A stretch of DNA of 64,000 nucleotides. Origin: Heptranchias perlo. Its lineage: Eukaryota. The stretch covers positions 10,106,001-10,170,000 of the forward strand of contig NC_090366.1 in NCBI RefSeq assembly GCF_035084215.1, read 5' to 3'. This document shows, piece by piece, positions 51,758 to 64,000 of this stretch (positions are counted from its first letter, which is position 1; the number at the start of each line of letters is the position of its first letter). Under the pieces are notes generated by a model. It did not search any database. It worked only from the letters and a program-made list of their open reading frames with translations, and was not told where the DNA came from. Made by a program: the position numbers and the translations under genes.

Positions 51758-53464
51758 CTGTATGTGCGTTTTTGTATATATGTTTGTGTATGTGCGTGTC
51801 TGTGTATATGTGTTTGTGTGTGTATATGCTTGTGTGTATATATGTATGTGTACATGTGATTGTGTATCTGTGTGTTTGCGTATGTGTGTGTTTGTGAATA
51901 TGTGTTTGTGTATGTGCCTGTCGGTGTTTGCATATGTGTGTGTTTGCATATGTGTGTGTTTGTGTATATATGTTTGTGTATGTGTGTGTTTGTGAATATG
52001 TGTTTGTATATGTGTTTGTGTATGTGTTCGTGTGTGTATATATGTTTGTGCATGTGTTTCTGTATGTGCGTGTTTGTGTATGTGTGTTTCTGTGTATGTG
52101 TTTGTGCGTGTTTCTGTGTTAGTGTATGTGTACATTTCTGTGTTTGTGTATGTGTGTGTTTCTATGTATGTGTTTGTGTATGTTCCTGTGTATGTGTTTG
52201 TGTGTGTTTCTACGTTTGTGTACGTGTGTGTTTCTGTGTATGTGTTTGCGTGTGTTTCTATGTTTGCGTATGTGTGAGTTTCTGTGTTTGCGTATGGAAA
52301 CAGGCCCTTCGGCCCAACATGTCCATGTCGCCCAGTTTATACCACTAAGCTAGTCCCAATTGCCTGCACTTGGCCCATATCCCTCTATACCCATCTTACC
52401 CATGTAACTGTCCAAATGCTTTTTAAAAGACAAAATTGTACCCGCCTCTACTACTGCCTCTGGCAGCTCGTTCCAGACACTCACCACCCTTTGAGTGAAA
52501 AAATTGCCCCTCTGGACCCTTTTGTATCTCTCCCCTCTCACCTTAAATCTATGCCCCCTCGTTATAGACTCCCCTACCTTTGGGGAAAGATTTTGACTAT
52601 CTACCTTATCTATGCCCCTCATTATTTTATAGACTTCTATAAGATCACCCCTAAACCTCCTACTCTCCAGGGAAAAAAGTCTCAGTCTATCCAACCTCTC
52701 CCTATAAGTCAAACCATCAAGTCCCGGTAGCATCCTAGTACATCTTTTCTGCACTCTTTCTAGTTTAATAATATCCTTTCTATAATAGGGTGACCAGAAC
52801 TGTACACAGTATTCCAAGTGTGGCCTTACTAATGTCTTGTACAACTTCAACAAGACATCCCAACTCCTGTATTCAATGTTCTGACCAATGAAACCAAGCA
52901 TGCTGAATGCCTTCTTCACCACCCTATCCACCTGTGACTCCACTTTCAAGGAGCTATGAACCTGTACGCCTAGATCTCTTTGTTCTATAACTCTCCCCAA
53001 CGCCCTACCATTAACGGAGTAGGTCCTGGCCCGATTCGATCTACCAAAATGCATCACCTCACATTTATCTAAATTAAACTCCATCTGCCATTCATCGGCC
53101 CACTGGCCCAATTTATCAAGATCCCGTTGCAATCCAAGATAACCTTCTTCACTGTCCACAATGCCACCAATCTTGGTGTCATCTGCAAACTTACTAACCA
53201 TGCCTCCTAAATTCTCATCCAAATCATTAATATAAATAACAAATAACAGCGGACCCAGCACCGATCGCTGAGGCACACCGCTGGTCACAGGCCTCCAGTT
53301 TGAAAAACAACCCTCTACAACCACCCTCTGTGCTTGTGGATGTGTGTGTTTCTGTGTTAGTGTATGTGTGTGTCTCCGAGTATGTGCTTGTGTATGTGTG
53401 TGATTCTGTGTATGTGTATGTGTGTGTTTCTGTGTATGCGTATGTGTGTGTTTCTGTATTAGTG
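51758..53464. repeat. Degenerate (TG)n repeat split by CR1; a complementary (CA)n-like tract lies at 14316-14670
   Basis: Low-complexity tgtgtatgtgtttg units. Confidence 0.85.
52297..53327 (-). mobile_element. 5'-truncated CR1 LINE in intron 3, inserted in a TG-rich repeat
   Basis: 324-aa open frame with GVPQRSVLGP, KFADDTK and LVRPHLEYCVQFW. Confidence 0.95.
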
Positions 53465-54280
53465 NNNNNNNNNNNNNNNNNNNNNNNNNNNNNNNNNNNN
53501 NNNNNNNNNNNNNNNNNNNNNNNNNNNNNNNNNNNNNNNNNNNNNNNNNNNNNNNNNNNNNNNNNNNNNNNNNNNNNNNNNNNNNNNNNNNNNNNNNNNN
53601 NNNNNNNNNNNNNNNNNNNNNNNNNNNNNNNNNNNNNNNNNNNNNNNNNNNNNNNNNNNNNNNNNNNNNNNNNNNNNNNNNNNNNNNNNNNNNNNNNNNN
53701 NNNNNNNNNNNNNNNNNNNNNNNNNNNNNNNNNNNNNNNNNNNNNNNNNNNNNNNNNNNNNNNNNNNNNNNNNNCGNNNNNNNNNNNNNNNNNNNNNNNN
53801 NNNNNNNNNNNNNNNNNNNNNNNNNNNNNNNNNNNNNNNNNNNNNNNNNNNNNNNNNNNNNNNNNNNNNNNNNNNNNNNNNNNNNNNNNNNNNNNNNNNN
53901 NNNNNNNNNNNNNNNNNNNNNNNNNNNNNNNNNNNNNNNNNNNNNNNNNNNNNNNNNNNNNNNNNNNNNNNNNNNNNNNNNNNNNNNNNNNNNNNNNNNN
54001 NNNNNNNNNNNNNNNNNNNNNNNNNNNNNNNNNNNNNNNNNNNNNNNNNNNNNNNNNNNNNNNNNNNNNNNNNNNNNNNNNNNNNNNNNNNNNNNNNNNN
54101 NNNNNNNNNNNNNNNNNNNNNNNNNNNNNNNNNNNNNNNNNNNNNNNNNNNNNNNNNNNNNNNNNNNNNNNNNNNNNNNNNNNNNNNNNNNNNNNNNNNN
54201 NNNNNNNNNNNNNNNNNTATTGGCTGTGCTGATGATGCCTTTCTGAAGATGTTATTATTCCCAAATTCTTCTGTTTTCAG

Positions 54281-54405
54281 CTTCCTCAAATTTCCCCCAG
54301 TGTGAAGTACAGGGGATCACAAGGAAGAGACACCGTTACCTGCTCCCCATCCTATTCTTCATCCCTGCAGCATTGATGATGGGACTGCTGATATATTTAC
54401 ATAAA
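54281..54405 (+). CDS. Exon 4: stalk plus transmembrane/hydrophobic segment
   Basis: Acceptor ttcttctgttttcag|; donor AAA|gtgagt; phase 1-0. In frame it encodes ASSNFPQCEVQGITRKRHRYLLPILFFIPAALMMGLLIYLHK, with a hydrophobic stretch of about 21 residues after RHRY. It is absent from the supplied ORF track. Confidence 0.85.
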
Positions 54406-54573
54406 GTGAGTGTGATCCCTAATTAAATACCGAGCCAAACGGGATGAGATTCTCCGTGTCTCCGGCTCTGACTGGGAGCCATTGCAACTCAGAAAGACGT
54501 TGTAAGTTGGCATGGTGTTTGAAATAATTAATCCGAGGTGAAGTGTAACCTTTTCTCTGTCTAATTCTTGCAG

Positions 54574-54666
54574 ATGGTGAAATCGCTTTTCAGTGTGCAG
54601 ATCGAAGTTACGGGTCTTAGAGCAGCAAGTGGCTGTCTGCATGAACACATCGATGCTGCACTCTAA
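54574..54666 (+). CDS. Probable exon 5: short cytoplasmic tail and stop
   Basis: Strong acceptor ccttttctctgtctaattcttgcag| closes a 168-nt intron after the exon-4 donor. The phase-0 reading is MVKSLFSVQIEVTGLRAASGCLHEHIDAAL*, giving a total protein of about 295 aa. No transcript evidence. Confidence 0.5.
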   Translation: MVKSLFSVQIEVTGLRAASGCLHEHIDAAL

Positions 54667-55352
54667 CCCGATCGATGCTGCACTCTAACCCGATCGATGC
54701 TGCACTCTAACCCGGTCGATGCTGCACTCTAACCCGATCGATGCTGCACTCTAACCCGATCGATGCTGCACTCTAACCCGATCGATGCTGCACTCTAACC
54801 CGATCGATGCTGCACTCTAACCCGGTCGATGCTGCACTCTAACCCGATCGATGCTGCACTCTAACCCGATCGATGCTGCACTCTAACCCGGTCGATGCTG
54901 CGTTCTTACTCGATCGATGCTGCACTCTAACCCGATCGATGCTGCACTCTAACCCAATCGATGCTGCACTCTAACCCGATCGATGCTGCACTCTAACCCG
55001 ATCGATGCTGCACTCTAACCCGATCGATGCTGCACTATTACTCCGATCGATGCTGCACTCTAACCCGATCGATGCTGCACTCTTACTCTGATCAATGCTG
55101 CACTATTACTCTGATCAATGCTGCACTCTTACTCTGATCAATGCTGCACTATTACTCCGATCGATGCTGCACTATTACTCCGATCAATGCTGCACTCTTA
55201 CTCTGATCAATGCTGCACTATTACTCTGATCAATGCTGCACTCTTACTCTGATCAATGCTGCACTATTACTCCGATCAATGCTGCACTATTACTCCGATC
55301 AATGCTGCACTATTACTCCGATCAATGCTGCACTCTAACCCGATCAATGCTG
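54649..55352. repeat. 22/23-bp minisatellite
   Basis: atcgatgctgcactctaacccg grading into atcaatgctgcactattactccg, about 30 copies. Confidence 0.9.
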
Positions 55353-56164
55353 CGGAATCATCAATGCAAATGGAAAAGGGACAAAAACCCGGAACTTTCA
55401 GGAGCCGTGTCACCGACGAATGATTGTTAAGCCCATGCCTGATGAAAGTTTGCTTCGCAGTGCTGCAGGTCACCCCTTACACCCCCCCCCCACTTATATG
55501 TTGAATTATTTATTGGACAGTGACAGTAACTTTCAACGGCAGTATTAATGCGTTAAAAGCTCGAGAGAGAGAGCACTGACAGCGAAGAGCCATTCGGCCC
55601 CACAGCCGTGCTCCAACCACAGACCACTTTCCGGCAGGGATTCCGAACAATCCCATTTGGCCTCTTGATGGATGATGCCCTCCTCCCGAGAACGGGACCA
55701 GCCAGACCTCCCACTGCTCTGACACTGATTCACCTTCAAGTAGCTGTTTCCAGGCCACGTTTGCTAAATAGCTGAGTAAAATTGGGACTCCTGGCCCTCC
55801 TTGTCTGTCCAGTCCCTCTCTGCCTCACCTCCTGAAACGTGCTATCCATGTAGCTCTCAGCCTCGCGTGGCACAGCATGTGCATTCCACGGGTCTGAGCT
55901 GCCCTGCCACGCCTCGGTTTATTATGTTATTAAATAAACGTAATAGAAATCAACTTAAAAATATCACGTACCAGCCACCCGCCCCTCAGCTCCTTCCCGA
56001 GTGCTGTGTGCTCTGATGCTCGATCTCCGGCTCCAGCTCCCTCTCCTCCCCTCTGCCGCCTCATCTGCTCTCGGGCCTCGGACTCCCGCTTTTTAATGGA
56101 CTGCTCCATTTCATGGGGTAATTTTGGGTCGATGGTCTGCTGCATAAACCCAATCAGTTCACTG

Positions 56165-56566
56165 ATTTTTTTTTTCCAAAAATATACTTTATTCATAAAA
56201 TTTACAGCAATACAGTTCTCATATCACATTCCAAATGTACACAATACAGATTATACAATTTGCAGGTTACATCAAGTGCAGTTCAATGAACATATTGTAC
56301 ATAATTACAGTTCATGACACTCTGGGGTGCCTCATTGCATTACAATCAATACAGATTATTGATTACAGGTGCATTACAGATTCATTACAGGTACATTAAA
56401 TCAATTTGAATTTTACATTTTGCCCGAGGGGGTTTTTCCCTGATTGCAGCCCCTCGGTATACAATGGCGGGAAGGCTCTAAACGGTTGCCTTTCCCCACA
56501 GAGCCTTGGCGGCGGCCGCACCCAGCGTCAGTGCGTCCCTGAGCACGTAGTCCTGGACCTTGGAAT
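56165..56566 (-). mobile_element. 3' end of a related Tx1/L1-clade LINE
   Basis: Reverse complement tccaaggtccaggactacgtgctcagggacgcactg...ggggaaaggc matches 11495-11572 and ends in aataaa plus an A-run. Confidence 0.75.
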
Positions 56567-59500
56567 AATGCCCTTCAGGGGAGGGACCTGTTGCCCTCTA
56601 CCTGGTCCAATCCCAGACTGCATGGTTGGACCTTAACGTCCGCTGAGTTGGTTTAGCAAATCAGGGTGACAAATCCTTCACCCAGGTCCCAACAGCAAGC
56701 TAAAAAAACAAACTGATACATGCAGAGACTTTGCAGTCGTGCTGTGGTTTGTGTCAAGCATTGCTACAGGCCCTAAATTACTGAGTCTATGTTGATGGCA
56801 TGCAGCGATTAATGTTCCCACCCTGTAACCACTTAGATTCTTAAGAGGGGAGAAGCAGACCGAGGAGACAAATTCCTCCCACTCCCGTCTGCTCGGGATC
56901 CCACGCTGCTTTTCCCTGTGGAACGATAACACGGGGCTAAAAGGATTAAATCCTGAGTCTAGGCTTGTATTCCCTCGAGTCTCGAAGATTAATGGGTGAT
57001 CTGATTGAGGTGTTTAAGATGATTAAAGGATTTGATAGGGTAGATAGAGAGAAACTATTTCCTCTGGTGGGGGGAGTCCAGAATGAGGGGGCATAACCTT
57101 AAAATTAGAGCCAGGCCGTTCAGGGGTGATGTCGGGAAGCACTTCTTCACACAAAGGGGAGTGGAAATCTGGAAATCTGGAACTCTCTCCCCCCAAAAAG
57201 CTGCTGAGGCTGGGGATCAATTGAAAATTTCAAAACTGAGATTGATCGATTTTTGTTGGGTGAGGGGATTAAGGGTTGCAGAACCAAGGTGGGTAAATGG
57301 AGTTAAGATACAGATCAGCCATGATCTAATTGAATGGCGGTACAGGCTCGAAGGGCTGAATGGCCTCCTCCTGTTCCTATGCTCCTCCCTGTCTCACCCG
57401 GATCAGCTGGCCAAGGCTTCACCCATCCTCAGTCAGCCGGGGCCAGTAGGCCGATGCGCTGTAGCAAGGCCTAACTCCCACACAGACCCCTGGCCGATCC
57501 CCCTTCCCTGCTCCTTTCCCCAACCTAGGGCACTGAGGTCCATTTTAGCACCCTGCTTAACCACCCTAGCTAACACAGCACAGACAGGGGATTGAAGATG
57601 GGAGCTCTGTGTGTCTGATTAATGCACAGGTAGCACGTTTTTAAAAAAAAGATATGTTTGCATTTATATCGTGTCTTTCATGATTTCAGGACATCCTAAA
57701 GCATTTTCCAGCCAAAGAAGCACCTTTTTGAAGTGTAGCCACTGTTGTAATGTAGGAAACGTGGCAGCCAATTTGCGCACAGCAAGATCCCACAAACAGC
57801 AATGTGATAAATGACCAGATAATCTGCTTTTTTTTTTAAGTGAAGTTGGTCGAGGGATGAATTAGAGGGCCAGTACACCAGGGAGAACACCCCTGCTCTC
57901 CTTCGAAGCAGTGCGGCACTCCCTCAGTACTGCACTGGGAGTGTCGGCCTAGATTTTGTGCTCAAGCCTCTGGAGTGGGGCCTGAACCCCGTTGAACAGA
58001 GAGCTGGGCCGAGCATCTAGATTCATAATTGATATGTACTTATTTTGCACGTAAAATGTATTTCCTTTATCATATTGTGACCCAAACACACTGCACTTTA
58101 AATTCTTTAAGCAAGTCAGATGTATGTCATATATTTTTCAATAATTATTTAATACTCAATTTTACGAAGACTCTGGTATCTATCCTCTGCATTGTTTGTG
58201 GAATGTATAAAACTTTCAATAAACTTACAACACAGGAGCAGGACGGCAGTGGTGTGGACCAATGCTCCAGCGATTTTACTTTTTTGTCTTCCTTAATTTG
58301 CCACCGATAAAATTCCACCTTTCTTCTGGAGTTTCGTTAACCTTGCTTGTGATTCTTGTGGGAAAACCTCCGAAAGATCACCCTTCTCAGTTTAGAGAGG
58401 TCGCCTTGGCAACGAAACCCCTGCCCCCCCTCCCTCGCCACAAGAGCCTTACCACAAGAGGAGGTCTCTCCATCTCACCACCCTTTCAAAGATGGAGATT
58501 TGTCAGCTGGCTTCCTTTGAACGAGGGAGTCTCACCATCAACGACAATAACTTGCATTTATATAGGGCCTTTAACGCAGTCAAAACGTCCCGAGGAGCTT
58601 CACAGGAGCGATTATCAAACAAAATTTGACACCGAGCCCCATAAGGAGATATTAGGACAGGTGACCAAAAGCTCGGTCAAAGAGGTAGGTTTTTAAGGAG
58701 CGTCTTAAAGGAGGAGAGAGAGGCGGAGAGGTTCAGGGAGGGAATTCCAGAGCTCAGGGCCCAGACGGCTGAAGGCACGGCCGCCAATGGTGGGGAGAAG
58801 GAAGTGAGGGATGCACAAGAGGCCAGAATTGGGGGAGCGCAGTGATCTCGGAGGGTTGTAGGGGCTGGAGGAGGTTACAGAGATAGGGAGGGGGGTGAGG
58901 CCATGGGGGGATTTGAACACAAGGATGCGATTTTAAATCGGAGGCATTGCCCCACCATCAGGGACCCCTTTCAGAGGGGGGGGGGTTCTCACCATCAGGA
59001 ACTCCTCCTGCCCCAGGCCTAATTCTCACTGGGGTACAGTTACACCACTGTCAGCCCATTCCGCTTTCTCGCACCAGTGGGCATTTTTCACACATGTCTG
59101 GTCATTGGCTGGCGGCAGGCTATTCGACTGTGGGAGGGGTACGTTATGGCTGAGCCCAATCTTATTCTGTTGCCCACGTCTGTGCACTTTCTGTGCGGTG
59201 GGTTGTAGGTGGTGGGGCTGTTGACTAGAAAACGATTAAGAGCAGGAACCCTGCCTGATAATTTCCCTTCCTAGCCCAGGGGCACTGCTTTGATGGAGTG
59301 ATAAGCGTTGGCCAAGGGATATTCCTGGGATGAGAGGGTTGTCCTATGAGGAGAGGTTGAGTAGAATGGGCCTATACTCTCTGGAGTTTAGAAGAATGAG
59401 AGGTGATCTCATTGAAACATATAAGATTCTGAGAGGGCTTGACAGGGTAGATGCTGAGAGGCTGTTTCCCCTGGCTGGAGAGTCTAGAACTAGGGGGCAT

Positions 59501-61324
59501 AGTCTCAGGATAAGGGATCGGCCATTTAAGACTGAGATGAGGAGGAATTTCTTTGCTCAGAGGGTTGTGAATCTTTGGAATTCTCTACCCCAGAGGGCTG
59601 TGGATGCTCGGTCGTTGAGTATATTCAAGGCTGAGATCGATAGATTTTTGGACTCTAGGGGAATCAAGGGATATGGGGATTGGGCGGGAAAGTGGAGTTG
59701 AGGTTGAAGATCGGCCATGATCTGATTGAATGGTGGAGCAGGCTCGAGGGGCCTTATGGCCTACTCCTGCTCCTATTTATTATGTTCTTCTGATATTTAA
59801 TGGGCAGACAGGGCCTCACTTTGATATCCATTCCAAGAGATGGCACCTCCGACAGTGCAGCACTCTCTCCGTGCTGCTCCACGGGGTGTCGGCCTAGATT
59901 ACGTGCTCGGGCCCTGGAGTGAGGCATGGTCATGGGACCTTCTGACTCAGGGGTCAGAGTGCGAGCACTGATGCAAGAACCATCGGTAATGCAACTTATA
60001 ATAAGGACAATCTGATTACCGCAAGTCCTTTCCTGCCAACAATAAGAGGTGGTGCAGAGGTGAACTTGTTCAAAGGTATTGGGTATTATGGGATAGTAGC
60101 TGAGGAGGAAAAGCAATGTAATTACAAGATGGGGGGGGCGGGGGAACGTTCCTCTTTATCAGTTCTATTTTAACCTGCGATATCGCTGGATTGTTTTATA
60201 CTCGCGAAACTTGATAAACAATTTTGGAACCATGCCCTTACTATAAAAGTTAAATATTCCGCTCCTTCTCTGCAATTCACCCTCGATACAGTGACACAGA
60301 GGCCACATGAAAATCTGACAGCTCCCACGACTGTTCTCTGGTACCAGGAAATAGATGACGGGATTTATAGAAAGGAAGCAAAAACCAATCTTGTGAAATC
60401 ATAGAATCATGGAAAGGCTACAGCACCCAAGGAGGCCATTCAGCCCATCGATTCCATAATGCTGCCTAGCCCGCTGAGTATTTCCAGCATTCTCTGATGT
60501 TGCTCGCCCCTCCCACATTGGCTCCCAATGCACCATTGCCTTGATTTTAAAATGCTCACTCTTGCGTTCAAATCCCTCCATGGCCCTCGCACCCCCCCTC
60601 CCTCCCCTATCTCTGTAACCTCCGACAACCCTCCGAGATCTCTGCGCTCCTCCAACTCTGGCCTCTTGCGCATCCCCCGATTTCCATCGCTCCGCCATTG
60701 GCGGCCGTGCCTTCAGCTGCCTGGGCCCTAAGCTCTGGAATTCCCTCCCTAAACCTCTCCGCCTCTCTCTCCTCCTTTAAGACGCTCCTTAAAACCCGCC
60801 TCTTCGACCAAGCTTTTGGTCACCTGTCCTAATATCTCCTTATGTGGCGGAGCATCAATTTTTGTCTGATTATGGCCTGTGAAGCACCTTGGGACGTTTT
60901 ACTACGTCAAAGGCGCTATATAAATGCAAGTTGTTGTCGCAGATTTATAGTCACAGTTACATAGAATTTTACAGCACAGAAACAGGCCATTCGGCCCAAC
61001 TGGTCTATGCTGGTAGTTATGCTCCACACGAGCCTCCTCACACCTTATTTCATCTAACCCTATCAACAAACCCTTTTATTCCTTTCCCCCTCATGTACTT
61101 CTGTACAACAATGGGATTTGTCGACAAACGATGGGTTACTAGCCTTGTAACATACCCGCTAGGCTACCTTGCCTTGTGCGATCCCAATACTGTCCCCCTT
61201 TCCAGCTCCACACTTGCTAAATGTTCCTGAAACTTTACACAATGCCCTATCACGGAGTTAGCTCACCAAATAGCGACTGTGTGGAAATTGGTCACACTGT
61301 TAAAATTAGCCCACAGATCTCACA

Positions 61325-62030
61325 CAGATAATCAAAAAGTTAGTATGCAGGTGCAGCAGGTGATCAAGAAGGCCAACGGAATGTTGGCTTTTATTGCTAG
61401 GGGGATAGAATATAAAAACAGGGAGGTATTGCTGCAGTTATATAAGGTATTGGTGAGACCGCACCTGGAATACTGCATACAGTTTTGGTGTCCATACTTA
61501 AGAAAAGACTTACTTGCTCTCGAGGCAGTACAAAGAAGGTTAATCCCGGGGATGAGGGGGCGGACATATGAGGAGAGGTTGAGTAGATTGGGACTCTACT
61601 CATTGGAGTTCAGAAGAATGAGAGGCGATCTTATTGAAACATATAAGATTGTGAAGGGGCTTGATTGGGTGGATGTGGTAAGGATGTTCCCAAGGATGGG
61701 TGAAACTAGAACGAGGGGGCATAATCTTAGAATAAGGGGCTGCTCTTTCAAAACTGAGATGAGGAGAAACTTCTTCACTCAGAGGGTAGTAGGTCTGTGG
61801 AATTTGCTGCCCCAGGAAGCTGTGGAAGCTACATCATTAAATAAATTTAAAACAGAAATCGACAGTTTCCTAGAAGTAAAGGGAATTAGGGGTTACGGGG
61901 AGCGGGCAGGAAATTGGACATGAATTTAGATTTGAGGTTAGGATCAGATCAGCCATGATCTTATTGAATGGTGGAGCAGGCTCGAGGGGCCGATTGGCCT
62001 ACTCCTGCTCCTATTTCTTATGTTCTTATG
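61325..62030 (+). mobile_element. CR1 LINE 3' portion
   Basis: LVRPHLEYCIQFW...FFTQRVVGLWN and a ttcttatg tail. Confidence 0.9.
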
Positions 62031-62239
62031 TAATAGCGAGGGTTTGGACTCTGATGTGAATCTTCATTTTTTATCTATTGCATTCTCTCCTGCGAAAGAA
62101 AGTGGGGATTGGCATTGGCTGACTGGGGGCTGGACAGTGGACAAGTGTTTAAAAATGGCGAGATATGGAGCCAAATGGAGCAGAGGGGACATCAAATAAT
62201 TGAAAGCAAAATGTTGTTTTCCAAATTCAGCCCTGGCAT

Positions 62240-64000
62240 TAAAACTTTTTTCTAAGAGGAATCAAAGATTGGCAGGCAAAACTGTAATTGAACAGTGGGC
62301 GGCCTTTAAGAGGAAAATGTTTCAGGTACAGTCTAGACACACTCCCACGAGATAGGAAGGTCGGGCAACTAAAACCAGAGTTCCCTGGATGACAAAAGAG
62401 ATAGAGAGCAAGATGAAACGGAAAAAAGGGGGCGTATGACAGATGTCAGGTTGATAACACAAGTGAGAACCAGGCAGAATGTAGAAAGTTCAGAGGGGAA
62501 GTGAAAAAGGAAATAAGAGGGGCAAAGAGAGAGTATGAGAATAGACGAGCGGCCAATATAAAAGGGAATCCAAAAGTCTTCTACAGGCATGTAAACGGGT
62601 AGTAAGAGGAGGGGTGGGGCCGATTAGGGACCATAAAGGAGATCTACTCATGGAGGCAGAGTGGTACTAAATTGCATCTGTCTTTACCAAGGAAGAAGAT
62701 GCTGCCAGAGTCTCAGTAAAGGAAGATATAGTTGAGATACTGGATGAGCTAAAAATTGATAAAGAAGAGGTACTAGAAAGGCTGGTTGTACTTAAAGTAG
62801 ATAAATCACCAGGTCCGGATGGGATGCATCCTAGGTTGCTGAGGGAAGTAAGGGTGGAAATTGCGGAGGTACTGGCCATAATCTTCCAAACATCTGTAGA
62901 TACGGGAGTGGTGCCAGAGGACTGGAGAATTGAAAATGTTACACCCTTGTTCAAAAAAGGGTGTAAGGATAAACCCAGCAACTACAGACCAGTCAGTTTA
63001 ACCTTAGTGGTGGGGAAACTTTTAGAAACGATAATCCGAGACAGAATTAACAGTCACTTGGACGAGTGTGGATTGATTAGGGAAAGCCAGCACGGATTTG
63101 TTAAAGGCAAATCGTGTTTAACTAATCTGATAGTTTTTTTGATGAGGTAACAGAGAGGGTTGATGAGGGCAATGCGGTTGATGTGGTGTATATGGACTTT
63201 CAAAAGGCATTTGATAAAGTGCCGCATAATAGGCTTATCATCAAGATTGCAGCCCGTAGAATAAAGGGGGCAGAAGCAACATGGATACAGAATTGGCTAA
63301 GTGACAGGAAACAGAGAGTAGTGGTGAACGGTTGTTTTTCAGACTGGAGGGAGGTGTACAGTGGTGTTCCCCAGGGGTCGGTGCTGGGACCACTGCTTTT
63401 CTTGATATATATTAATGACTTGGACTTGGGTGTACAGGTCACAATTTCAAAATTTGCAGAAGACACAAAACTTGGAAGGGTAGTGAACACTGAGGAGGAT
63501 AGTGATAGACTTCAAGAGGATACAGACAGGCTGGTGGAATGGGCGGACATGTGGCAGATGAAATTTAACGCAGAAAAATGTGAAGTGTTACATTTTGGTT
63601 GGAAGAACGAGGAGAGACAATATAAACTAGAGGGCACAACTCTAAAAGGGGTGCAGGAACAGAGAGATCTGGGGTATTTGTGCACAAATCGCTGAAGGTG
63701 GCAGGGCAGGTTGAGAAAGTGGTTAAAAAAGCATACGGGATCCTGGGCTTTATAAATAGAGACATAGAGTACAAAAGTATGGAAGTCATGATGAACCTTT
63801 ATAAAACACTGGTTCGGCCACAACTGGAGCATTGTGTCCAGTTCTGGGCACCGCACTTTAGGAAAGATGTGAAGGCCTTAGAGAGGGTGCAGAAGAGATT
63901 TACTAGAATGATTCCAGGGATGAGAGACTTTAGTTACATGGATAGACTGGAGAAGCTGGGGTTGTTCTCCTTGGAACAGAGATGGTTGCGAGGAGATTTG
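62240..64000 (+). mobile_element. CR1 LINE ORF2 (RT), frameshifted, runs off the window
   Basis: KSPGPDGMHPR, NYRPVSLT, YMDFQKAFDKV, GVPQGSVLGP and FAED motifs split over three frames. Confidence 0.95.

Noticed and set aside
53465-54217. ORFs spanning N runs, and isolated bases inside the gaps (gcaca 13721-13725, cg 53775-53776)
   Set aside because: These are artefacts of undetermined or masked sequence. This gap lies in intron 3 and could hide an extra exon, although exons 3 and 4 already join in frame.

Overview
Vertebrate genomic DNA, most likely from a cartilaginous fish (shark), judged from its repeat families: CR1 and L2 LINE 3' ends, Deu-domain SINEs and a 65-bp satellite. Most of the window is interspersed or tandem repeat, and there are four N runs. 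One multi-exon protein-coding gene is well supported on the + strand (about 42393-54666). It has a signal-peptide exon, a cysteine-less IgV exon, an IgC2 exon and a stalk/transmembrane exon with an RHRY motif, all with consistent splice phases, plus a probable short tail exon. This makes it a CD2/SLAM-family receptor most reminiscent of CD58/CD48. The other main feature is a set of Penelope-like retroelement insertions. Three of them are fold-back palindromes, two with clear target-site duplications, and they carry minimal dimer-type hammerhead ribozyme motifs. The window also has an internally deleted Tx1/L1-clade LINE, a Harbinger relic with an intron-containing Myb/SANT remnant, hAT-type MITEs, several minisatellites and a weak candidate for the 5' exons of a minus-strand gene. 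Nearly all other ORFs in the track are repeat artefacts. Repeat boundaries are read by eye and approximate.
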